The notes beneath the pieces were generated by a model. That model made no database searches, was not told the origin of the DNA, and saw only the letters and a program-made list of their open reading frames with translations. A program made the position numbers and the translations under genes. A stretch of DNA of 62,866 bases, filler included, from Phoronis australis (lineage: Eukaryota > Animalia > Phoronida): the NCBI GenBank assembly GCA_002633005.1. It is 3 parts of 3 records of this genome, joined end to end, with 100 filler letters (N's around TTAATTAATTAA, not from the genome) between each part and the next. Parts side by side here need not be neighbours in the genome. Positions count along the whole stretch, not along the records: positions 1 to 22,489 come from NMRA01000487.1; 2 more parts are not named here. The stretch is one strand, 5' to 3'. This document shows, piece after piece, positions 1 through 12,925 of the stretch. The stretch's first letter is position 1. Every line of letters begins with the position of its first letter.

Positions 1-670
1 AAAAGACGTGATTTTTTGCATGTGGATTCTTTGAAGTATATTCTTTCAAATGGCTTGTAACAATTTTTTTCTCAGACTTACCGTTTTTGAGTTATTTGAC
101 TTTGAATTTCTTAAAAAAAAACGCAAAATTTCATTTTTTTCGAAAAATTTACGGAATTAAATGATACCATTAGTTTAGATAGAATTTTGAACGGGCTTTC
201 AGAAGATGTTTTCCATTTTTCGCTAGGACGTCTACTTTTCGAGTTATTTGAGATTTTCTGATAACGCTGTTCCTTTGTTGAGCGCTCTTGCTGCATTGAT
301 GTTGGTTTATCTTCTATTGAACTAGACTGTAGCCTATTTCTTATTGATTTATGACATCTAAGTTCGTCATATGAATGTTGTGATGTTGTTCATCATCGCC
401 ACCACCATCATCATATTCGTCTTCATCGTCATCATCTTCGTCGTCATCTCCGTCGTTGTCTTTTCCGTTAATTTCGCCAAGTGTCGCTCAAGACTGTAGC
501 CTTTTTATTACTGATTTCGGACTTCTACGTTCATCATGTGTATGTTATTATTACTTCTTTTGTTCATCCTCGCCACCATCGTCGTCATATTCGTCATCTT
601 CGTCATCATCTTTTTCGTCATCTTTTTGGTTAATTTTGCCAAGTTTTGCTCCTCGGAGCGCTTTCATTTT
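1..670 (-). mobile_element. Helentron-associated (HINE-like) non-autonomous repeat, copy 1, with an internal ~165-bp duplication and a (TCA/TCG)n tract
   Basis: Reverse complement matches 3209-3590 (ORF-track peptides KEQRYQKISNNSKSRRPSEKWKTSS vs KEQYRQIIPNNSKTRCRNEKWKTSS). Terminal small hairpin gctcctcggagc near 648-659. Units 324-483 and 491-643 both start gactgtagcct. Confidence 0.55.
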
Positions 671-1689
671 ATTCATCTCCTCATACACCTCCCCCCCGCA
701 CTAGCTCCAATTTTCACTCCCCTGGTCGTCAGTCGACTACGTCGTAGATTTTTCAGACTCGAACTGTTAGAGAAAACAATGTACTGATTAACTCAGTGCA
801 ATTGTTCTTCAAAACGGTATTTGTATTTTTAATGGCCCACTTTTGCATGTGGTTCGGTTTTAATTGTGAAAAAGCCTCATAGGCGAAAACAAAATGTTAT
901 GGGTGTTTTTGAGATTTCATCTTGAACTGCTAATTTCTTTTTCTAATTCTCTTAGTTCTGCTGAAACATGGTCACAGTTAATGAGAGATTTGATATAAAG
1001 CTCAAACTCATATTGTGCAGGATTTCTACTTTCAGAAAATGTATGGATTTATGGAGTTAAATTCTATATTTCTGTTCATATTTGGCTAAATTCTCCCACT
1101 TGTGGAAAAAGTCTTCCACAACTTCAGCTCCCCAGCATAACAAGTCACTAAAAATAGTCCATTCATGTTGAGATTGCATTAACCTCACTAAAACTGCCTT
1201 ATTGTTACCTGGTTGGGTATATTGTAAAGACACTCACAATAGCTTGGTGAATAGAAGTATTGATGAACAATATAATTGACCCCAAACCAAAAAAATTATT
1301 GAATGTCATGGGAAATGATAAAAGAGTTGCCAATAAATAGGGCGATCGAAGCATTTGTTGTTTTGAAAAGCATGAGACGAGGTTAATATTTGCCTAAGCC
1401 AGACTGTGACTAACCCTTTGTATTCGATTCACAAAGAAATGCTAACGATTTAGCCGCGATGCAGAAGAAAACATATTCACTAATTTCTCTTATAATGCAT
1501 CGATTTTTTGCAATACAAAGTTTTTGCATCTTTTGTAGCAGCATTTGGGTCACTTGTTTGTATCGGGTCGGCCATCTTGGATGACAGCGGCAAAGGTTAC
1601 GAGTTCATTTTAGCTGTGTTTTGAACAAGAGGCCAGCAGCCCACAATTCACAACAATATATACAAATGATATACATGGGTACACAGCTA

Positions 1690-2010
1690 ATTTTCTAATT
1701 GACACTGCCCTTTGTATTTACATTAATATGTTTTTCAAGGTGTTTCCTGTCCTTGAATTAAAAAGAGACCTGATATGGTGGCAGTGTGGTGTGAATCTAT
1801 TTCTTAAATCTAATATTACTGGACAATGTAACATGAAATGCTCTTTTGTTTCAATCTCTCCTGTATTACAAATGTTACAAGTTCTTTCAATTCTGCGAAA
1901 TACCATTTGATCTGCCGTTTTCAGTTTCTAATGTGGTAGTTGAACATCTAATGTTCGCTATGTAAAATATCTGCTGCTGCGTCATTTCCCCAGATAAATA
2001 CTTTCACAAC
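1690..2010 (-). mobile_element. 3' fragment of a non-LTR retrotransposon (CR1/L2/RTE-X-type ORF2 C-terminal zinc knuckle)
   Basis: Frameshifted RCSTTTLETENGR...RTCNICNTGEIETKEHFMLHCP fits the LINE C-terminal pattern LxIETGR-x-RxCxxC-x-ExxxHFLxxC. Confidence 0.75.
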
Positions 2011-3208
2011 ACCACGAAGACTTAATTCCTCTGTGAAATTTGCACTAGGATAACGAAAGATAATTATTTATGTCAAAAATGCATAAGACCTTTGATAATT
2101 CACTCTAAGCTGTTCAGAGTTTTGAAAAAATCAAAACATTGCATTAAATGAAAAAGAAGCGATAATGTACAAAACTGCTTCATTGCTTTACACATTCTGT
2201 CATTTTATGGATATGGTTTTGTTTGAAGTTTAGACTTGGTCACATTATCCAACTTACGTAGGAGTGATATCAACTACAAATTAAATTACTTAAAGAAAAT
2301 CATATGTTTTCAAAGTTAAATTTGACATTTGTTTGGCTAAATGCAGAGGCTGGTCAATAAGGTCCCACATTCCAACCTTGCATGTTATTTAAGTTTTATG
2401 AAATAAAGAAAATTGAATGTGTTTAAATGCAATACTTATTCAAGTTTGAATTCTGTCAAGAAAAAAACAGGATCTGAATTGGTATATATGTTAAGCTAAA
2501 AATTAATAAAGTATTTGGTTAGTGGAAATATTTTGTAAAAATCAGTGGATTATCATTGTATTCAGCTGCATATTTCATAACCTAGAGATAACCAACAATT
2601 TAGTGTTCTTACCTGGGTTATCATAATTTACCTGAATATGTCTTCTCAGGGGTGGAGAAACCAGTGAAGAGAAACTGGGTGTTGTTTGGGAATGGTGATA
2701 TTTATTATGCATGTTGTATTGTAGGTGAGGCTCCTTATGCTACATTCCTTTAGCTTGCAAGCATTTTTAAGTGTGCTTAGCACGCCACCTATTGGCCATG
2801 ACACATAACCTAATGAATATAAGTCTGAAAAGACTTCTGTCAGTTGATGTGGCAAACAGGTAACATGCTTTTTTAAGTTACCAATTCATTAAGACATAAA
2901 CAAAAACATAATACTATAAAATTCAGCCTGAAAACCGCAGTGAGCATTATATCCAGGCTTTAGACAATGAACACAAAATAATAAACAGGAATATTAAGAC
3001 TGTTATCTACACAAGAATGTGGCCAACAGACGGTATGCTGACCAGATGTTTGCGATCCATATTTCCATGCTGGTTTGAGATTTACATACTCAAATCCTTT
3101 AACTGTTATTGATTTTCCCAGATGACGTCTACAGTTATTCTGAGCTATTTCCTGAAATAATTAATTTTCTGTTTTCAAATGGTTTCTGCCTCAGTACAAT
3201 TAAACATT

Positions 3209-3590
3209 ATGAAAGCAATCGGAGGAATGACACTTGGTGTAATTTACTAAAAAGACAACAATGGAAATGACCACGATGATGATGTCAGTGATGAACATGA
3301 TGATAACAATCACATGACGAATGAATATGTGCATTAAATATCAGTCATCAAAGGAACAGTATCGTCAGATAATCCCGAATAATTCGAAAACAAGATGTCG
3401 TAATGAAAAATGGAAAACTTCTTCTAAAATCCAGTTCAAGTTTCACAAAATTCCACAAATTATTAGGAAATTCTCAAATTTTGCATTTTTTGAACTTGAA
3501 ACTCAAATAACTCAAAAACGGCAATTTTGAGAGAAAAACTGTGAAGAAGTGTACCTCAGCAAATACACATGCAAAAGTTTACGTGATTTG
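3209..3590 (+). mobile_element. Second, inverted copy of the repeat at 1-670
   Basis: atgaaagcaatcggaggaatgacacttgg...aaataactcaaaaacgg...catgcaaaagtttacgtg aligns with the reverse complement of 1-670. Confidence 0.6.
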
Positions 3591-4299
3591 CTTTTCGCAT
3601 TCAGAATGGCATCCTATCATGATTGAAATTGATGGAAATGCATCAGATCCGCCAGTTTGAAAACAACTTCCGGTTAAGCTGTGCATATTAGCTACTTACT
3701 GGAAATTAACACATGAAAAATTTCGAACGAATTGGTACTACAATGCGCCATCCACTGGGCGAAAGGTTTTAGTCCTGAAATCGAGGTGCCCATACGCAAT
3801 GGCTGATATTTTCACCAGCTTTGACCTGAAGTGAATGTTTTCCAGTCCGTTTGTAGAACTGGTCTGCTACGATAATCGTACCAATTATCAGCAGTGTACG
3901 TCAAAAATAGTGGCATCTGTGAACATTTGAATCTGAATTTGGAAACAAAATGGCCGCCACATCCGTCATCATGAATCCAATTATGACGAAAAACAATAGG
4001 CTTTCAACTATTTTAAAACCAGAAGACTTGTGTGAATTTTGTTCGAATCGGACAAAAAATGCGACCTGTAGAGTACAAATATACAAAAAAAAAACAATTT
4101 GATGTCAGAGCAATGTGCTTGGCGTTCGCCAAGTAATCACTTTCCTGTGTGCTATTGTGTGGCATTCCTGTGCTTGGCTATTGAGAATCAATGTCAGTGG
4201 TATTAAAGTTGCTTAGAACCCTAGACAAATGTCCAATTTTGCCGTTGAAAGAAATTTAGAGGCTGATAAATTTTCATGTAACTGAATCAGCATTAAAAT

Positions 4300-5440
4300 C
4301 CAAAAAAATGCTAAAGGTCCAGGAATTGGTGGTTTTAATTCATCAAATTTTATTGATTTTTCTAGAAAGAACTCACATTTCTTGATAAGATCTTTTATCT
4401 ATATTTTTTAAATGAATTCTCTTCTAGTCTCATAGCCTCAGGGTTTTTTTTAATTTTACCTAAATTTGGCAAACCATGTGAATTCTTGAAAAATTGGCAC
4501 CCTATCTCATTGCTCAATATAAATTATAAAATTTTGTCTTCTTGATATAATCCATCCTGATGAGACTGGATTTTTATCTGGAAGGTTTATCGGCAAAATT
4601 AGGACACTTTATGATATTCTACATTACACTGAATCGATAAACCTTCTGGGTATTGTAACAATACCCGATTTTAAAAAAGCCTTTGACTCACTTTCTTGGA
4701 AATTTATGTTTCACGTCTTAAAATTATTTAATTCTGGAAACACCTTCTGTAAAAGAATAAAAAGTTTAATTTCAAATTCATTCGCGTGTTTTGCAAAGTG
4801 GCATGGCGTCCAATTTCTTGAACGTGGATGTAAACAAGGGGACCCAGCATTTTGCGCTGAGATATTAGGACATGAGTTTTAGAATTGCAAGTAAGTTCAG
4901 GGTATAATATTTGCTAATACACAAATCAAGACACTCCAGCCTGCATAAAATGTTATCGATTTGGGTGCAGCAATTGTATCGCTTTTTGTTCAATTTCTTT
5001 AAGATGAAATGAACATTTATCTACTGAGATAAATACTACAGTATGCTGACAACACAACAGATTTATCCTCTGACAAGTCTCTTAAGAAAAGTCGGGACAT
5101 TTTTGACCAATTTGCTAAATTATCTGGACTAAAACCTAATATCAAAACAATGGGATGCATTTGGATTGGTTCTAAAAGGTACAACTTCAGGGTACTGCAT
5201 TTTTGAAGAAATTTAAAATAAGAGAAACATTATCAACAGTAGTCTAGAGTAAAATTAAGTGTTAATTTGAAAGACATGCAAAGTTTAAATTTTGATCCAT
5301 ATTTGCCAGAAATTGAAAAGGCAATAATACATTCTTGGTCAGGGAAATCACTTTGTATTTTGGATGAAATTTGCGAGGTGAAATCTCTGTTGCTGCCGAC
5401 GCTTTCACATCTGTTTTTAAGTCTTCCATTTCCAAGGTTT
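4300..5440 (+). mobile_element. Decayed Tx1/L1-clade reverse transcriptase fragment
   Basis: Frameshifted motifs in the expected order: PGIGGF, WHPISLLNINYKI, PDETGFLSGRFIG..IRTLYDILHY, DFKKAFDSLSWKFMFHVL, GCKQGDP, QYADNTT, FAKLSGLKPNI, IWIGSK. Confidence 0.9.
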
Positions 5441-5633
5441 GATTTTATTGAAAAAGACGTGTTTAGGTGCCCCCATATTTTTATGTTGCTTAGCGTTTTT
5501 CACAAAATCAGGCTCAGGCTAAAAGTTTGAAGTCTTCAACTCGTAGCCAAAAAACAGAAACCCGTTGCAAGCAGACTAAATGCCAAAGACAAAATATCTC
5601 AACGTTTGGCTCTTTGTAGTCAGATATCGGAAT

Positions 5634-5806
5634 TGACCTGTTGCCAAGATTTTGAGTGACGGCTTATCTGACTAATCAGAACGCAGTATTCTTAACACAC
5701 CTTCGTTTCCAAGCCGCCATTTTACCCTACAATCAACCCGTTGCTGGGTAAAACATACTGTTTGTTTGTCGACTTTTGGCAAGGGGGCGGAGCTTGCGAT
5801 AGGTCA
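5634..5806. mobile_element. 173-bp MITE of an ISL2EU/PHIS-type family, related to 54713-57706
   Basis: AT|TGACCTGTTGCCAAG ... CTTGCGATAGGTCA|AT. AT flanks both ends, and both ends align with the large element. Confidence 0.75.
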
Positions 5807-6187
5807 ATTTTAGCTGAAGTAAAAAAACAAATGGCTCATTGAGAAAATGGGTGTGTGGTCCTTGGCAGGAAATGAAGCGAGATAATTAACAGATGAAATA
5901 GGTTAGTGTAGTGATTGTAAAGTGCCTAAATGAGGCATTGACATTTGACAATAGAAATATAAATAAAGAAATGAACTTGACTATCTCACCTGTGACTAGT
6001 ATAAAGCATTTTGGTATACATTTGATTAATAAATTAGCAAGACTAACAGCCATCAACGAACTACCTTAAAAAACAGGATGTATGTTTTTATTTTAGATAC
6101 TGCGTAGCAGTTGTCTGCATAAGTTTGGTGAATTGGGAAGTCCTGATTCTTTGTGAACACTAATAATAGCACCTGATTTCTTTCTAG

Positions 6188-6266
6188 GAACTCGGGTGTC
6201 CAGCAAGCCGTCTCCAGATTTTTTAAGTCTGCTAGAAAGTCTGCTATGTAAAAGTCCAGATGACAG
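6188..6266 (+). CDS. ULK4: ULK4 pseudokinase, internal exon (GTRVSSKPSPDFLSLLESLLCKSPDDR)
   Basis: tttctag acceptor and gtaggt donor. Matches recalled ULK4 [25 protein letters not shown]. Phase 2 joins 20145 in frame. Confidence 0.88.
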
Positions 6267-9200
6267 GTAGGTTTTAATTTGTTATGTTACCGTTCAAGTG
6301 TACGTAATATTCAGCTTTTGTTTTTTAGCTAAAATTGAGTGATACTTCTGGCAGTGTGATTGATTTGCAGCCAAAAAACCGACAGACAGTTATTGTGGGC
6401 TTGGAGGAGGTAACTAGCCGTAGAATATTTGCAGACGATTGTAAACCATGGATGTTGGTCACGTACAACAGGCATTTAGAAATTGACATGTACGGTCAGT
6501 GAAAGCAGTTCTGTTTGAACTCTGTAGTTAGTACGCCTTGGTCCCAGTTGGACTATGTAAGAAAACGCAGCTTAATAAAAGGTTTATGGTCCTAGCTGAG
6601 AAGACAATTGTTTTGCTACCCTCTATGGACTCTGAATAGCCTGAGCCTAGAATGGTTTATGTTATGTCAGTCTTGAAAACAGGGAAAGTTCCAATGTCAA
6701 TAATTTTAACGTCCAAAAAGCTCAGGTCGAAATTTGAAATTTCATGTCAAAATCAGGAAATCAGTTTTAAAAAACAGTACCTAAAAACTCCACTTGTGGT
6801 TCTTTTTCAAATATTTTTGGCGTGTTCTCAGTTGAAATTTTGCTTCAGATTTAAAGTTACAAATATTTGCAATTTAACTCCCTTAAGTTTAATTGCTGTT
6901 TTCTGTGCCCTTCATCAAGAGTGTACCTTACTTTTTAACCGTTGGTAATGGCACTGCATTTCAACACCTATGCTAATTTGGGGATAAGTATTCCTTTGTT
7001 ATTTTGTCTGGTATCAGGACAAGCAGGGCAATTCCACTGTTTAAAGAGTTACTAAAACCATTCATCAATAAGTATCAGAGAAAGGAAATATGTATTTTTG
7101 CCAATTTTTATCGTACATCTCCGGGTAAAAATGATTCTAACCTAACTTTCTACTAGTACTTCAGTTTCATAGTTCAAACAGTTTAAAAAAATCACCAGGT
7201 ACACCTGTTTCATTTAGCCAGTGTTTTATTGCTGCGAAACCATTTCTAATGAAGTAATTATTCTACTCCACACAGCAGGACCTTGGATCAGGTTTCCTGA
7301 TAAACAGGCCTCTTAATTGCAGCCCTTGTACAAATCTATTGCAGAAGTACAAGATGCCCTGAAAGGGACCCGAATTTCAAATGATTTGTGTTGTGTTATA
7401 TTTTGGCATCGCGTTTATTTGCATTTTCTTCATTTCTAATGCAAAGTTACTATAAACCCATCCTTCGTCAATAAATAACTTTTATGCCAACCACTTACAA
7501 TTATAAAAACCTAGGTATCCACTTGCTCATCACTCTCAGATGAAAGTTTATTTCTGGACTTAAGAAGAACTAATAGGTCGTTATTGCTTGAAACCAACCT
7601 CGATAATTTGTTGGGTCAGTTTGATTTACCGAGCCTAGGGTTGAGCGTAAACGAAATGTCAGTAATTCTTCCGTAACCCAGAAATCACATCAGTATAATG
7701 CTCATTTGTAGTACCATAGAAAATCAATGAGCTTAAGGTTATAATGGACCCTTGAAAAATGGCTAAATTTGGCAGGCTTTGGTACATCATATCTCAGAAA
7801 TGGTTGATTCGATTCATGTGAACTTTCAGACATCATGCTTTTGTGCACTGTTCTCAAAATTCGCTGGCCTTTTTGATGAAGTTTATTTCACAAGATTTTG
7901 ACACCCAAGTGCAGAGTGCACACTGAAACATTTTTATCACAATTTAAACTTTCCCATCAAGAACTCTACCGAATGTTGAATATTCTTCTTTGATACTGCT
8001 GAGATGAGAACAATACAATACGTACTTATTCAATTTCACCATTAAGAAAGTCCAAGATTTCCTCTCACATAAATGAGCCCTAAAAACAATTTTAGTCAAC
8101 ATTCTTAAGTGATGTTACGAAGAAGATAACTATTATAATACCACATTAAGGAATTCTGTAGTTTACTTATCTCAGTGCCATTAAATATTCCCATTTATCT
8201 TACATAGGTGACGATTCGGCTGTGAAACGAATGTGTTATCACACCGTGAAAAACCTACAAACTACTTTTCCATTACTTTCGTAGAGAAGGTAACTGTTAT
8301 CATGTCTAAAGACAGTAACCCAGGCAAACTCAGTAAGGATTAGGGTATTTAGCGGGATAGATCTATAAGAATTACGGTAGGTGGTTTAAATTATCACCTT
8401 ATATAGTGCCACTCGTGTCTCACAATTCTGCACTGCTGTTAAGTGTCGTGCTGATCAGTAAATGAAAAACACCTATCAAATGACAACTGAACCAAATATA
8501 CAGCACAAATCATAAACATATCCGTAAAAAATTAGTTATTTCAACAAACTGGAAGAAAATTAAGGTGAAGACAGTAACCTCATTTGGCTAACCAGTCATG
8601 ATAAAGTTGGTATTTGCTGTGATGAAGCTAGGTGGAAGTCAGACCCCAAGACAGTCAGTCATTGGCCATTCAAAACCAAAGTAAAAACAGTAACATTGTG
8701 AATTAAATCCCTGAGCCCTGTGGAAAGGGGTTGTCGTGAGCGTATGCTATCTTCTTCCAGTTCGTGACTCGAGTTGAATGAGTGGCCAACTCATGTTTCA
8801 GACAATGCATACAAGCGCCATTTTCATTTTCGAATCCAACTTAAAACTCAGAAGCATTTTCTCGAGTTACTGATGATTTTTGATATTCGTGCTGGTAACA
8901 GAAATGTAATCCCGTCAAGGTAGTGAATATTAAGGAATCAATTTTATGAGAGTAGAAGGCCTCATTTAATCTTCGTTTTTAGTCAGCGAAACTGGACAAA
9001 ACACAGTTTCAAGTGGTTATTGTAAAAGCGATTTAGCTTTGTGGGTATTATGTGAAGTTGCCTACTTGAGTAAATAGCCCCATCCAACCTCTCAAAGTTG
9101 TTTTTCAATGTCCATGTGCTCACCCTAACTTTAACTGAGACTCTACTCGAAAATTGACGAATCTCATGTTGCATCCAGTGCTGTACCTTCAAAACCTCAG

Positions 9201-10268
9201 ACGACTACGCTGCCCCCTTGTGGATATTTCAATATTTTATATAGGAGTGGTTTTCCAATGTCTAGCCCCCTAGACTTTCAGACTCGCATACTGTGTTACA
9301 ACAGCATTGGGTATTAGTCAATTGGACCTTGGCAGACTTTACATTCTGAAATCAATGATGTACTGTCAAGTTATTGCCAGTTTAGTGTACATTAAGTAAA
9401 ATAATATGAGTGTGTTTTCTTAAATCAATTGATGTCGCAGGCTGTTCAGGCTGTACAGTTAGAAGAAAAGATGTTGAAGATTACATTCTTTAATTCTTTT
9501 TGAAATATTTGGTGTGCTTTACGGAGACAGCAGTCCTCCTGATGAGGTAGATTCAGGATTGACGAGAAAAGGTAGAAATTCCCCTTATCCTGCCTTTAAG
9601 TGTACCTTATGTATTTTTCACAACAATTGCCAATTGTGGTTGTTTTTCCATTTTTAAATGGCTGATTTCGTTTTTACAAATGACAGGAACTTGAGCAAAT
9701 GTTTTGACATCTATAGGCTGTGAACCATCTTTGCAAAGTGTTCTACTTTTTTGAAGAAATGTTTCAAAATGTGGCTTCACTGGTCGACCCTGCTGTGTGC
9801 TTAAAAGTGATGAATTACCATGTCTCAGTTTTGAGGCAAGACCTTGTAGCAATCAGGAGTGATGGGGGTAAAATTTGAAATTCACAACAACAGAAGCACA
9901 AGATGAAAATGGTGAGGACCTGGGGATTTTGAGATTTCAACTGACTCAGGTGAAAGTTTGTCAAGGTCAACTTTTGTCTTTGACCCTCACTGTTTATTTT
10001 CCTTTGGGCCTGTATTATGGTTGATTATCCAAATAAACTGCCCCACGCATGTGATCATAGATTATAGACAACAGATTTGCAACTCCGATATTTTCCAGAG
10101 GAATATCTCAGAGGAGGTGTCACTCTCTTAAATTACCAAACTTTGCATCTGGTGACGGGAAATTCTTGCATCTATTTTACTGTCTTTGCACAATGAAACA
10201 AAAATAATTTTGGCATTGAAACGCTCCTCAGTTCCTTCTGTAGAACTCCTGGTATCCCGAGTACTTTT

Positions 10269-10413
10269 CAGGGCGGATCCAGGAGTTGGGGGGATGGGGG
10301 CAGGGCAGAGTATTAGCCAGGATTTTACCCGTCAGACATTTGCACCCCCGAACTGCCAAATGGAATCTAGGAGAAATTTAAGGGGGCCATGCCCCCCCCC
10401 AAATCCGCCACTG
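10269..10413. mobile_element. Short hAT-type MITE remnant
   Basis: CAGGGCGGATCC ... AAATCCGCCACTG termini with G/C-run subterminal tracts. No clean 8-bp TSD. Confidence 0.45.
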
Positions 10414-12925
10414 CTTTTGGCAATGCTCTAGAGCATGCAATTGCAAAATACAAACTCTAGCACTGACTGATTTTGCTTTCGCAGGAGTGTTCAGTTTGGG
10501 ATTCAGGGTTGATGTACGAACAAAATTACAAATTTAAAGCGTATTTGTGAACAAATTATAACTGCAAAAGATACTTATTTAACATTTTTGTTGCAGAAAT
10601 TTAAATCTAGAAATTTCGTTGGCATCAAAAATGTGCCACGGCACCGAACATACCTACCTAACTCACATGACATCAATTGAAATACTTTGTGATGATCAAA
10701 CAGTGAAAAAAAACGGTGATCAAAAAGTGGGGTCGGAATCCTATGCAAAAGTCATATTACATATGCTTTATCGAAATATCCATAGAACCAGAAAGGATCG
10801 TTGAAGAAAGTAAGCGTTGGATTGAGTGATAATCAATTTGAGTGTAACATGTATTTTTGACGAGATGAAAACCACTTATTTAGTGACGGTATTTTGGCTA
10901 CTGCCCGTTTAAAATACACTGGATAAAATTAGTAGGTCTGCAGAAAGTGATGGGGGAGTAGTCTAGCTCCTGTATAACCAGCCGACGGCTACGTGTTGCT
11001 TAGACCGAGACCACCAAATACTTGAGTCTCATCTCAAAAACTGAGCAGTCATATCACATGAAGTTAAGAAGTTTACTTGAAGCATGCCATCTGATTTCGT
11101 GTTTTCTCTAACAGTCCGTATACTAATGTACGAACTATTTTTCCCGTTGGGAGCTTCATATTCCAATTAATAGGGACGATAAGTGCAATGATAGAGTGAG
11201 CAAATGCATCAGGAAATGGGAGGGATTAACGTAAATTGTTCACCCATTTCAGTTTAAACATCTAAATTATCCACCTATAGTCCCGTTTAGACATTAACTT
11301 TTGACACAGTGCAACTGACCTGGCACATACTTAGCCATCCGCCCAGTAGCCAATGCGACTACGATGTTTTCTCTAATAACGGGTAGTTCGAATACTCAAT
11401 TAGTTCATACACGGCCCTTGAAACATGGCGTTTGTCTCTAATAGTGCGTACAGTAGGCGTTTGGGGGAAGAATACTACTCGCACATATTTGCTGCAAAAA
11501 ATAATTCGCACAAGCTTTCTGGATCGGTAAAATGGAAACTTTAATTCTTACAAAAGAATATAAATCAATAAGCGCCAATTCTATTTAGATAATTGGAATC
11601 CGTTATTTGCTTTACTACTCTACCACACTAGAGCTCGAAAAATCGGTTTTCAGATTGACATTTTTGGCGACAGCAAATGTGGAAATGGCGATACGGTAAA
11701 GTCGCACGATTTTCGGACGGCCCGCCATTTTGGGACAAGACTAAATATTTCCGAAATGAGTTTTTCATAGTCTACGAAATTCGTATAAGGTTAAAAAACT
11801 GTTTTTGGATGATCCTCGAATTTCGGACAATGTCATAAACATCGGATTTCTGTCCCACGACTTTCGGACAAGGAACGTTTTAGAAAGTTAACGCTAATTT
11901 CGGATCGACGCAACTCTCGTCATTAAAGCGTTCAATGGATGACAACTACTCTATAAGGCTTGAAACCGAGAATCTGTATAACGGGCTCTGTAATTTTTAC
12001 CTTGTCTTGACGATGTCACAACCGTTACTCGATTGTCTTGCGTTTAGCTTGTCACAGTGTTTGGCGCTTTATTTATGAAAAGAATCACCGAGTCCCGCAT
12101 GACGAAAATTATTGATGAAAATACAAATGGGAAATATACCGAAGGCTGCAACTTTTCGTTGTAGCGTGACATGCTCTGGTTTAATTAAACCATGCTGTTC
12201 GACTTCCGACTGTGACATTGAACTTGCACACCCGACATCAACTTGGGCGCTTACGAAACGTTTTATTTTTAAAATGTCCTGGCCTTTGCAAATGCCCTTG
12301 TCAGTGGCTAAAATCTCCTGACGACGTGTCCAGATTTTATCCTTGACGCGATGAGAAATTTTGTTTAGGCCCCCATACACAATACACTCAAGTCAGTCCG
12401 TCGGATATCGCGCGTTCAAAGTAGTGTAGATAGTAAACAAAAGCAGCCGAATGAGACGGAGCCAAAGTAAAGCTGGTTACAAAGCAAACATATCGCACAC
12501 CGCGTGAGCCCGACCGAGGCTGAGTCGTGCACGGGAGATTTTATGCTTCTTCCTCTTCAGTCGATTAACTATCGTCGGACAATAAGTTTTGACACCGGGA
12601 CCCTGTGGTACTCGCTATCTGAGGCGACTAAGAAAATCCTCCACCAATTTCGAAAAATGACAAGTCAGTTGATTTGGTAGTCGTTGCTTCTTGTGGTCCT
12701 AGGGGTAGGCCAACAAGAATACAGGACCTGCAGTCCCATTCAATGGGCCTGGAAACTGATAGGTGTTTCCGACCCTTAGTTCCATATATACTTTCCACAG
12801 GACCTTGTCTTCTTGTCCATGTCACCGCATTCTGTTGATAAAAAAATGTGATCTTAAACTACAGAATGTGCTTTTTGTATTACCTAAGGTAGTTTTAGGA
12901 GCATTTCAGCTGTAAGTGTATTTAA

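Noticed and set aside
456-787. Ser-rich and hydrophobic ORFs
   Set aside because: Translations of a trinucleotide-like tract inside a repeat.
11692-11910. Possible Tc1/pogo left end with TTTCGGAC repeats
   Set aside because: No matching right TIR found nearby, so the boundaries cannot be supported.
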